Positions 40,589-52,500 of a stretch of DNA of 64,000 nucleotides are shown piece by piece (within the stretch, counting starts at the first letter, position 1; every line of letters starts with the position of its first letter). Source of the DNA: Phaeosaccion multiseriatum (lineage: Eukaryota; Protista; Ochrophyta, other classes); the NCBI GenBank assembly GCA_965112735.1, contig OZ218952.1:1-64000 (forward strand), written 5' to 3'. The notes beneath the pieces are model-generated. The model did no database searches, had not been told where the DNA came from, and saw only the letters and a list, made by a program, of their open reading frames with translations. Both the position numbers and the translations under genes were made by a program.

Positions 40589-43500
40589 CATGTTGTGGCC
40601 AGCTAACGCGTCGTTCGGGCTGTGTGCGCCCCACAAATGCCGGCTTTAGGCTTTTTTGATCCCAGCACAGAGCCAGATTGGGCCATTTGAGCCCATCCAA
40701 GGCCCCACTTGGCGCTGTTGGGGCAATGCAGTATCTCAGTTGGGCCTGTTGTGCTGAGCCAATGCCCGGCGTGAGCATGTTGTGGCCAGCAAACGCGTCG
40801 TTCGGGCTGTGTGCGCCCCACAAATGCCGGCTTTAGGCTTTTTTGATCCCAGCACAGAGCCAGATTGGGCCATTTGAGCCCATCCAAGGCCCCACTTGGC
40901 GCTGTTGGGGCAATGCAGTATCTCAGTTGGGCCTGTTGTGCTGAGCCAATGCCCGGCGTGAGCATGTTGTGGCCAGCTAACGCGTCGTTCGGGCTGTGTG
41001 CGCCCCACAAATGCCGGCTTTAGGCTTTTTTGATCCCAGCACAGAGCCAGATTGGGCCATTTGAGCCCATCCAAGGCCCCACTTGGCGCTGTTGGGGCAA
41101 TGCAGTATCTCAGTTGGGCCTGTTGTGCTGAGCCAATGCCCGGCGTGAGCATGTTGTGGCCAGCAAACGCGTCGTTCGGGCTGTGTGCGCCCCACAAATG
41201 CCGGCTTTAGGCTTTTTTGATCCCAGCACAGAGCCAGATTGGGCCATTTGAGCCCATCCAAGGCCCCACTTGGCGCTGTTGGGGCAATGCAGTATCTCAG
41301 TTGGGCCTGTTGTGCTGAGCCAATGCCCGGCGTGAGCATGTTGTGGCCAGCTAACGCGTCGTTCGGGCTGTGTGCGCCCCACAAATGCCGGCTTTAGGCT
41401 TTTTTTATCCCAGCACAGAGCCAGATTGGGCCATTTGAGCCCATCCAAGGCCCCACTTGGCGCTGTTGGGGCAATGCAGTATCTCAGTTGGGCCTGTTGT
41501 GCTGAGCCAATGCCCGGCGTGAGCATGTTGTGGCCAGCAAACGCGTCGTTCGGGCTGTGTGCGCCCCACAAATGCCGGCTTTAGGCTTTTTTGATCCCAG
41601 CACAGAGCCAGATTGGGCCATTTGAGCCCATCCAAGGCCCCACTTGGCGCTGTTGGGGCAATGCAGTATCTCAGTTGGGCCTGTTGTGCTGAGCCAATGC
41701 CCGGCGTGAGCATGTTGTGGCCAGCTAACGCGTCGTTCGGGCTGTGTGCGCCCCACAAATGCCGGCTTTAGGCTTTTTTGATCCCAGCACAGAGCCAGAT
41801 TGGGCCATTTGAGCCCATCCAAGGCCCCACTTGGCGCTGTTGGGGCAATGCAGTATCTCAGTTGGGCCTGTTGTGCTGAGCCAATGCCCGGCGTGACCAT
41901 GTTGTGGCCAGCTAACGCGTCGTTCGGGCTGTGTGCGCCCCACAAATGCCGGCTTTAGGCTTTTTTGATCCCAGCACAGAGCCAGATTGGGCCATTTGAG
42001 CCCATCCAAGGCCCCACTTGGCGCTGTTGGGGCAATGCAGTATCTCAGTTGGGCCTGTTGTGCTGAGCCAATGCCCGGCGTGAGCATGTTGTGGCCAGCT
42101 AACGCGTCGTTCGGGCTGTGTGCGCCCCACAAATGCCGGCTTTAGGCTTTTTTGATCCCAGCACAGAGCCAGATTGGGCCATTTGAGCCCATCCAAGGCC
42201 CCACTTGGCGCTGTTGGGGCAATGCAGTATCTCAGTTGGGCCTGTTGTGCTGAGCCAATGCCCGGCGTGAGCATGTTGTGGCCAGCTAACGCGTCGTTCG
42301 GGCTGTGTGCGCCCCACAAATGCCGGCTTTAGGCTTTTTTTATCCCAGCACAGAGCCAGATTGGGCCATTTGAGCCCATCCAAGGCCCCACTTGGCGCTG
42401 TTGGGGCAATGCAGTATCTCAGTTGGGCCTGTTGTGCTGAGCCAATGCCCGGCGTGAGCATGTTGTGGCCAGCTAACGCGTCGTTCGGGCTGTGTGCGCC
42501 CCACAAATGCCGGCTTTAGGCTTTTTTGATCCCAGCACAGAGCCAGATTGGGCCATTTGAGCCCATCCAAGGCCCCACTTGGCGCTGTTGGGGCAATGCA
42601 GTATCTCAGTTGGGCCTGTTGTGCTGAGCCAATGCCCGGCGTGAGCATGTTGTGGCCAGCAAACGCGTCGTTCGGGCTGTGTGCGCCCCACAAATGCCGG
42701 CTTTAGGCTTTTTTGATCCCAGCACAGAGCCAGATTGGGCCATTTGAGCCCATCCAAGGCCCCACTTGGCGCTGTTGGGGCAATGCAGTATCTCAGTTGG
42801 GCCTGTTGTGCTGAGCCAATGCCCGGCGTGAGCATGTTGTGGCCAGCAAACGCGTCGTTCGGGCTGTGTGCGCCCCACAAATGCCGGCTTTAGGCTTTTT
42901 TGATCCCAGCACAGAGCCAGATTGGGCCATTTGAGCCCATCCAAGGCCCCACTTGGCGCTGTTGGGGCAATGCAGTATCTCAGTTGGGCCTGTTGTGCTG
43001 AGCCAATGCCCGGCGTGAGCATGTTGTGGCCAGCAAACGCGTCGTTCGGGCTGTGTGCGCCCCACAAATGCCGGCTTTAGGCTTTTTTGATCCCAGCACA
43101 GAGCCAGATTGGGCCATTTGAGCCCATCCAAGGCCCCACTTGGCGCTGTTGGGGCAATGCAGTATCTCAGTTGGGCCTGTTGTGCTGAGCCAATGCCCGG
43201 CGTGAGCATGTTGTGGCCAGCTAACGCGTCGTTCGGGCTGTGTGCGCCCCACAAATGCCGGCTTTAGGCTTTTTTGATCCCAGCACAGAGCCAGATTGGG
43301 CCATTTGAGCCCATCCAAGGCCCCACTTGGCGCTGTTGGGGCAATGCAGTATCTCAGTTGGGCCTGTTGTGCTGAGCCAATGCCCGGCGTGAGCATGTTG
43401 TGGCCAGCTAACGCGTCGTTCGGGCTGTGTGCGCCCCACAAATGCCGGCTTTAGGCTTTTTTGATCCCAGCACAGAGCCAGATTGGGCCATTTGAGCCCA

Positions 43501-46500
43501 TCCAAGGCCCCACTTGGCGCTGTTGGGGCAATGCAGTATCTCAGTTGGGCCTGTTGTGCTGAGCCAATGCCCGGCGTGAGCATGTTGTGGCCAGCTAACG
43601 CGTCGTTCGGGCTGTGTGCGCCCCACAAATGCCGGCTTTAGGCTTTTTTGATCCCAGCACAGAGCCAGATTGGGCCATTTGAGCCCATCCAAGGCCCCAC
43701 TTGGCGCTGTTGGGGCAATGCAGTATCTCAGTTGGGCCTGTTGTGCTGAGCCAATGCCCGGCGTGAGCATGTTGTGGCCAGCTAACGCGTCGTTCGGGCT
43801 GTGTGCGCCCCACAAATGCCGGCTTTAGGCTTTTTTGATCCCAGCACAGAGCCAGATTGGGCCATTTGAGCCCATCCAAGGCCCCACTTGGCGCTGTTGG
43901 GGCAATGCAGTATCTCAGTTGGGCCTGTTGTGCTGAGCCAATGCCCGGCGTGAGCATGTTGTGGCCAGCAAACGCGTCGTTCGGGCTGTGTGCGCCCCAC
44001 AAATGCCGGCTTTAGGCTTTTTTTATCCCAGCACAGAGCCAGATTGGGCCATTTGAGCCCATCCAAGGCCCCACTTGGCGCTGTTGGGGCAATGCAGTAT
44101 CTCAGTTGGGCCTGTTGTGCTGAGCCAATGCCCGGCGTGAGCATGTTGTGGCCAGCAAACGCGTCGTTCGGGCTGTGTGCGCCCCACAAATGCCGGCTTT
44201 AGGCTTTTTTGATCCCAGCACAGAGCCAGATTGGGCCATTTGAGCCCATCCAAGGCCCCACTTGGCGCTGTTGGGGCAATGCAGTATCTCAGTTGGGCCT
44301 GTTGTGCTGAGCCAATGCCCGGCGTGAGCATGTTGTGGCCAGCTAACGCGTCGTTCGGGCTGTGTGCGCCCCACAAATGCCGGCTTTAGGCTTTTTTGAT
44401 CCCAGCACAGAGCCAGATTGGGCCATTTGAGCCCATCCAAGGCCCCACTTGGCGCTGTTGGGGCAATGCAGTATCTCAGTTGGGCCTGTTGTGCTGAGCC
44501 AATGCCCGGCGTGAGCATGTTGTGGCCAGCAAACGCGTCGTTCGGGCTGTGTGCGCCCCACAAATGCCGGCTTTAGGCTTTTTTGATCCCAGCACAGAGC
44601 CAGATTGGGCCATTTGAGCCCATCCAAGGCCCCACTTGGCGCTGTTGGGGCAATGCAGTATCTCAGTTGGGCCTGTTGTGCTGAGCCAATGCCCGGCGTG
44701 ACCATGTTGTGGCCAGCTAACGCGTCGTTCGGGCTGTGTGCGCCCCACAAATGCCGGCTTTAGGCTTTTTTGATCCCAGCACAGAGCCAGATTGGGCCAT
44801 TTGAGCCCATCCAAGGCCCCACTTGGCGCTGTTGGGGCAATGCAGTATCTCAGTTGGGCCTGTTGTGCTGAGCCAATGCCCGGCGTGAGCATGTTGTGGC
44901 CAGCAAACGCGTCGTTCGGGCTGTGTGCGCCCCACAAATGCCGGCTTTAGGCTTTTTTGATCCCAGCACAGAGCCAGATTGGGCCATTTGAGCCCATCCA
45001 AGGCCCCACTTGGCGCTGTTGGGGCAATGCAGTATCTCAGTTGGGCCTGTTGTGCTGAGCCAATGCCCGGCGTGAGCATGTTGTGGCCAGCAAACGCGTC
45101 GTTCGGGCTGTGTGCGCCCCACAAATGCCGGCTTTAGGCTTTTTTTATCCCAGCACAGAGCCAGATTGGGCCATTTGAGCCCATCCAAGGCCCCACTTGG
45201 CGCTGTTGGGGCAATGCAGTATCTCAGTTGGGCCTGTTGTGCTGAGCCAATGCCCGGCGTGAGCATGTTGTGGCCAGCTAACGCGTCGTTCGGGCTGTGT
45301 GCGCCCCACAAATGCCGGCTTTAGGCTTTTTTGATCCCAGCACAGAGCCAGATTGGGCCATTTGAGCCCATCCAAGGCCCCACTTGGCGCTGTTGGGGCA
45401 ATGCAGTATCTCAGTTGGGCCTGTTGTGCTGAGCCAATGCCCGGCGTGAGCATGTTGTGGCCAGCAAACGCGTCGTTCGGGCTGTGTGCGCCCCACAAAT
45501 GCCGGCTTTAGGCTTTTTTTATCCCAGCACAGAGCCAGATTGGGCCATTTGAGCCCATCCAAGGCCCCACTTGGCGCTGTTGGGGCAATGCAGTATCTCA
45601 GTTGGGCCTGTTGTGCTGAGCCAATGCCCGGCGTGAGCATGTTGTGGCCAGCAAACGCGTCGTTCGGGCTGTGTGCGCCCCACAAATGCCGGCTTTAGGC
45701 TTTTTTGATCCCAGCACAGAGCCAGATTGGGCCATTTGAGCCCATCCAAGGCCCCACTTGGCGCTGTTGGGGCAATGCAGTATCTCAGTTGGGCCTGTTG
45801 TGCTGAGCCAATGCCCGGCGTGAGCATGTTGTGGCCAGCTAACGCGTCGTTCGGGCTGTGTGCGCCCCACAAATGCCGGCTTTAGGCTTTTTTTATCCCA
45901 GCACAGAGCCAGATTGGGCCATTTGAGCCCATCCAAGGCCCCACTTGGCGCTGTTGGGGCAATGCAGTATCTCAGTTGGGCCTGTTGTGCTGAGCCAATG
46001 CCCGGCGTGAGCATGTTGTGGCCAGCTAACGCGTCGTTCGGGCTGTGTGCGCCCCACAAATGCCGGCTTTAGGCTTTTTTGATCCCAGCACAGAGCCAGA
46101 TTGGGCCATTTGAGCCCATCCAAGGCCCCACTTGGCGCTGTTGGGGCAATGCAGTATCTCAGTTGGGCCTGTTGTGCTGAGCCAATGCCCGGCGTGAGCA
46201 TGTTGTGGCCAGCAAACGCGTCGTTCGGGCTGTGTGCGCCCCACAAATGCCGGCTTTAGGCTTTTTTGATCCCAGCACAGAGCCAGATTGGGCCATTTGA
46301 GCCCATCCAAGGCCCCACTTGGCGCTGTTGGGGCAATGCAGTATCTCAGTTGGGCCTGTTGTGCTGAGCCAATGCCCGGCGTGAGCATGTTGTGGCCAGC
46401 TAACGCGTCGTTCGGGCTGTGTGCGCCCCACAAATGCCGGCTTTAGGCTTTTTTTATCCCAGCACAGAGCCAGATTGGGCCATTTGAGCCCATCCAAGGC

Positions 46501-49500
46501 CCCACTTGGCGCTGTTGGGGCAATGCAGTATCTCAGTTGGGCCTGTTGTGCTGAGCCAATGCCCGGCGTGAGCATGTTGTGGCCAGCTAACGCGTCGTTC
46601 GGGCTGTGTGCGCCCCACAAATGCCGGCTTTAGGCTTTTTTGATCCCAGCACAGAGCCAGATTGGGCCATTTGAGCCCATCCAAGGCCCCACTTGGCGCT
46701 GTTGGGGCAATGCAGTATCTCAGTTGGGCCTGTTGTGCTGAGCCAATGCCCGGCGTGAGCATGTTGTGGCCAGCAAACGCGTCGTTCGGGCTGTGTGCGC
46801 CCCACAAATGCCGGCTTTAGGCTTTTTTTATCCCAGCACAGAGCCAGATTGGGCCATTTGAGCCCATCCAAGGCCCCACTTGGCGCTGTTGGGGCAATGC
46901 AGTATCTCAGTTGGGCCTGTTGTGCTGAGCCAATGCCCAGCGTGAGCATGTTGTGGCCAGCTAACGCGTCGTTCGGGCTGTGTGCGCCCCACAAATGCCG
47001 GCTTTAGGCTTTTTTGATCCCAGCACAGAGCCAGATTGGGCCATTTGAGCCCATCCAAGGCCCCACTTGGCGCTGTTGGGGCAATGCAGTATCTCAGTTG
47101 GGCCTGTTGTGCTGAGCCAATGCCCGGCGTGAGCATGTTGTGGCCAGCAAACGCGTCGTTCGGGCTGTGTGCGCCCCACAAATGCCGGCTTTAGGCTTTT
47201 TTGATCCCAGCACAGAGCCAGATTGGGCCATTTGAGCCCATCCAAGGCCCCACTTGGCGCTGTTGGGGCAATGCAGTATCTCAGTTGGGCCTGTTGTGCT
47301 GAGCCAATGCCCGGCGTGAGCATGTTGTGGCCAGCTAACGCGTCGTTCGGGCTGTGTGCGCCCCACAAATGCCGGCTTTAGGCTTTTTTTATCCCAGCAC
47401 AGAGCCAGATTGGGCCATTTGAGCCCATCCAAGGCCCCACTTGGCGCTGTTGGGGCAATGCAGTATCTCAGTTGGGCCTGTTGTGCTGAGCCAATGCCCG
47501 GCGTGAGCATGTTGTGGCCAGCTAACGCGTCGTTCGGGCTGTGTGCGCCCCACAAATGCCGGCTTTAGGCTTTTTTGATCCCAGCACAGAGCCAGATTGG
47601 GCCATTTGAGCCCATCCAAGGCCCCACTTGGCGCTGTTGGGGCAATGCAGTATCTCAGTTGGGCCTGTTGTGCTGAGCCAATGCCCGGCGTGAGCATGTT
47701 GTGGCCAGCAAACGCGTCGTTCGGGCTGTGTGCGCCCCACAAATGCCGGCTTTAGGCTTTTTTGATCCCAGCACAGAGCCAGATTGGGCCATTTGAGCCC
47801 ATCCAAGGCCCCACTTGGCGCTGTTGGGGCAATGCAGTATCTCAGTTGGGCCTGTTGTGCTGAGCCAATGCCCGGCGTGAGCATGTTGTGGCCAGCAAAC
47901 GCGTCGTTCGGGCTGTGTGCGCCCCACAAATGCCGGCTTTAGGCTTTTTTGATCCCAGCACAGAGCCAGATTGGGCCATTTGAGCCCATCCAAGGCCCCA
48001 CTTGGCGCTGTTGGGGCAATGCAGTATCTCAGTTGGGCCTGTTGTGCTGAGCCAATGCCCGGCGTGACCATGTTGTGGCCAGCTAACGCGTCGTTCGGGC
48101 TGTGTGCGCCCCACAAATGCCGGCTTTAGGCTTTTTTTATCCCAGCACAGAGCCAGATTGGGCCATTTGAGCCCATCCAAGGCCCCACTTGGCGCTGTTG
48201 GGGCAATGCAGTATCTCAGTTGGGCCTGTTGTGCTGAGCCAATGCCCGGCGTGAGCATGTTGTGGCCAGCAAACGCGTCGTTCGGGCTGTGTGCGCCCCA
48301 CAAATGCCGGCTTTAGGCTTTTTGATCCCAGCACAGAGCCAGATTGGGCCATTTGAGCCCATCCAAGGCCCCACTTGGCGCTGTTGGGGCAATGCAGTAT
48401 CTCAGTTGGGCCTGTTGTGCTGAGCCAATGCCCGGCGTGAGCATGTTGTGGCCAGCTAACGCGTCGTTCGGGCTGTGTGCGCCCCACAAATGCCGGCTTT
48501 AGGCTTTTTTTATCCCAGCACAGAGCCAGATTGGGCCATTTGAGCCCATCCAAGGCCCCACTTGGCGCTGTTGGGGCAATGCAGTATCTCAGTTGGGCCT
48601 GTTGTGCTGAGCCAATGCCCGGCGTGACCATGTTGTGGCCAGCTAACGCGTCGTTCGGGCTGTGTGCGCCCCACAAATGCCGGCTTTAGGCTTTTTTGAT
48701 CCCAGCACAGAGCCAGATTGGGCCATTTGAGCCCATCCAAGGCCCCACTTGGCGCTGTTGGGGCAATGCAGTATCTCAGTTGGGCCTGTTGTGCTGAGCC
48801 AATGCCCGGCGTGAGCATGTTGTGGCCAGCAAACGCGTCGTTCGGGCTGTGTGCGCCCCACAAATGCCGGCTTTAGGCTTTTTTGATCCCAGCACAGAGC
48901 CAGATTGGGCCATTTGAGCCCATCCAAGGCCCCACTTGGCGCTGTTGGGGCAATGCAGTATCTCAGTTGGGCCTGTTGTGCTGAGCCAATGCCCGGCGTG
49001 AGCATGTTGTGGCCAGCAAACGCGTCGTTCGGGCTGTGTGCGCCCCACAAATGCCGGCTTTAGGCTTTTTTGATCCCAGCACAGAGCCAGATTGGGCCAT
49101 TTGAGCCCATCCAAGGCCCCACTTGGCGCTGTTGGGGCAATGCAGTATCTCAGTTGGGCCTGTTGTGCTGAGCCAATGCCCGGCGTGACCATGTTGTGGC
49201 CAGCTAACGCGTCGTTCGGGCTGTGTGCGCCCCACAAATGCCGGCTTTAGGCTTTTTTTATCCCAGCACAGAGCCAGATTGGGCCATTTGAGCCCATCCA
49301 AGGCCCCACTTGGCGCTGTTGGGGCAATGCAGTATCTCAGTTGGGCCTGTTGTGCTGAGCCAATGCCCGGCGTGAGCATGTTGTGGCCAGCAAACGCGTC
49401 GTTCGGGCTGTGTGCGCCCCACAAATGCCGGCTTTAGGCTTTTTTGATCCCAGCACAGAGCCAGATTGGGCCATTTGAGCCCATCCAAGGCCCCACTTGG

Positions 49501-52500
49501 CGCTGTTGGGGCAATGCAGTATCTCAGTTGGGCCTGTTGTGCTGAGCCAATGCCCGGCGTGAGCATGTTGTGGCCAGCTAACGCGTCGTTCGGGCTGTGT
49601 GCGCCCCACAAATGCCGGCTTTAGGCTTTTTTGATCCCAGCACAGAGCCAGATTGGGCCATTTGAGCCCATCCAAGGCCCCACTTGGCGCTGTTGGGGCA
49701 ATGCAGTATCTCAGTTGGGCCTGTTGTGCTGAGCCAATGCCCGGCGTGAGCATGTTGTGGCCAGCAAACGCGTCGTTCGGGCTGTGTGCGCCCCACAAAT
49801 GCCGGCTTTAGGCTTTTTTGATCCCAGCACAGAGCCAGATTGGGCCATTTGAGCCCATCCAAGGCCCCACTTGGCGCTGTTGGGGCAATGCAGTATCTCA
49901 GTTGGGCCTGTTGTGCTGAGCCAATGCCCGGCGTGACCATGTTGTGGCCAGCTAACGCGTCGTTCGGGCTGTGTGCGCCCCACAAATGCCGGCTTTAGGC
50001 TTTTTTTATCCCAGCACAGAGCCAGATTGGGCCATTTGAGCCCATCCAAGGCCCCACTTGGCGCTGTTGGGGCAATGCAGTATCTCAGTTGGGCCTGTTG
50101 TGCTGAGCCAATGCCCGGCGTGAGCATGTTGTGGCCAGCAAACGCGTCGTTCGGGCTGTGTGCGCCCCACAAATGCCGGCTTTAGGCTTTTTTGATCCCA
50201 GCACAGAGCCAGATTGGGCCATTTGAGCCCATCCAAGGCCCCACTTGGCGCTGTTGGGGCAATGCAGTATCTCAGTTGGGCCTGTTGTGCTGAGCCAATG
50301 CCCGGCGTGAGCATGTTGTGGCCAGCTAACGCGTCGTTCGGGCTGTGTGCGCCCCACAAATGCCGGCTTTAGGCTTTTTTTATCCCAGCACAGAGCCAGA
50401 TTGGGCCATTTGAGCCCATCCAAGGCCCCACTTGGCGCTGTTGGGGCAATGCAGTATCTCAGTTGGGCCTGTTGTGCTGAGCCAATGCCCGGCGTGACCA
50501 TGTTGTGGCCAGCTAACGCGTCGTTCGGGCTGTGTGCGCCCCACAAATGCCGGCTTTAGGCTTTTTGATCCCAGCACAGAGCCAGATTGGGCCATTTGAG
50601 CCCATCCAAGGCCCCACTTGGCGCTGTTGGGGCAATGCAGTATCTCAGTTGGGCCTGTTGTGCTGAGCCAATGCCCGGCGTGAGCATGTTGTGGCCAGCA
50701 AACGCGTCGTTCGGGCTGTGTGCGCCCCACAAATGCCGGCTTTAGGCTTTTTTGATCCCAGCACAGAGCCAGATTGGGCCATTTGAGCCCATCCAAGGCC
50801 CCACTTGGCGCTGTTGGGGCAATGCAGTATCTCAGTTGGGCCTGTTGTGCTGAGCCAATGCCCGGCGTGAGCATGTTGTGGCCAGCAAACGCGTCGTTCG
50901 GGCTGTGTGCGCCCCACAAATGCCGGCTTTAGGCTTTTTTGATCCCAGCACAGAGCCAGATTGGGCCATTTGAGCCCATCCAAGGCCCCACTTGGCGCTG
51001 TTGGGGCAATGCAGTATCTCAGTTGGGCCTGTTGTGCTGAGCCAATGCCCGGCGTGACCATGTTGTGGCCAGCTAACGCGTCGTTCGGGCTGTGTGCGCC
51101 CCACAAATGCCGGCTTTAGGCTTTTTTTATCCCAGCACAGAGCCAGATTGGGCCATTTGAGCCCATCCAAGGCCCCACTTGGCGCTGTTGGGGCAATGCA
51201 GTATCTCAGTTGGGCCTGTTGTGCTGAGCCAATGCCCGGCGTGAGCATGTTGTGGCCAGCAAACGCGTCGTTCGGGCTGTGTGCGCCCCACAAATGCCGG
51301 CTTTAGGCTTTTTTGATCCCAGCACAGAGCCAGATTGGGCCATTTGAGCCCATCCAAGGCCCCACTTGGCGCTGTTGGGGCAATGCAGTATCTCAGTTGG
51401 GCCTGTTGTGCTGAGCCAATGCCCGGCGTGAGCATGTTGTGGCCAGCTAACGCGTCGTTCGGGCTGTGTGCGCCCCACAAATGCCGGCTTTAGGCTTTTT
51501 TGATCCCAGCACAGAGCCAGATTGGGCCATTTGAGCCCATCCAAGGCCCCACTTGGCGCTGTTGGGGCAATGCAGTATCTCAGTTGGGCCTGTTGTGCTG
51601 AGCCAATGCCCGGCGTGAGCATGTTGTGGCCAGCTAACGCGTCGTTCGGGCTGTGTGCGCCCCACAAATGCCGGCTTTAGGCTTTTTTGATCCCAGCACA
51701 GAGCCAGATTGGGCCATTTGAGCCCATCCAAGGCCCCACTTGGCGCTGTTGGGGCAATGCAGTATCTCAGTTGGGCCTGTTGTGCTGAGCCAATGCCCGG
51801 CGTGAGCATGTTGTGGCCAGCAAACGCGTCGTTCGGGCTGTGTGCGCCCCACAAATGCCGGCTTTAGGCTTTTTTGATCCCAGCACAGAGCCAGATTGGG
51901 CCATTTGAGCCCATCCAAGGCCCCACTTGGCGCTGTTGGGGCAATGCAGTATCTCAGTTGGGCCTGTTGTGCTGAGCCAATGCCCGGCGTGACCATGTTG
52001 TGGCCAGCTAACGCGTCGTTCGGGCTGTGTGCGCCCCACAAATGCCGGCTTTAGGCTTTTTTGATCCCAGCACAGAGCCAGATTGGGCCATTTGAGCCCA
52101 TCCAAGGCCCCACTTGGCGCTGTTGGGGCAATGCAGTATCTCAGTTGGGCCTGTTGTGCTGAGCCAATGCCCGGCGTGAGCATGTTGTGGCCAGCAAACG
52201 CGTCGTTCGGGCTGTGTGCGCCCCACAAATGCCGGCTTTAGGCTTTTTTGATCCCAGCACAGAGCCAGATTGGGCCATTTGAGCCCATCCAAGGCCCCAC
52301 TTGGCGCTGTTGGGGCAATGCAGTATCTCAGTTGGGCCTGTTGTGCTGAGCCAATGCCCGGCGTGAGCATGTTGTGGCCAGCAAACGCGTCGTTCGGGCT
52401 GTGTGCGCCCCACATATGCCGGCTTTAGGCTTTTTTGATCCCAGCACAGAGCCAGATTGGGCCATTTGAGCCCATCCAAGGCCTCACTTGGCGCTGTTGG

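Noticed and set aside
40644-40650. TTTAGG in the monomer as a telomeric repeat
   Set aside because: A single imperfect unit per monomer, never tandem.
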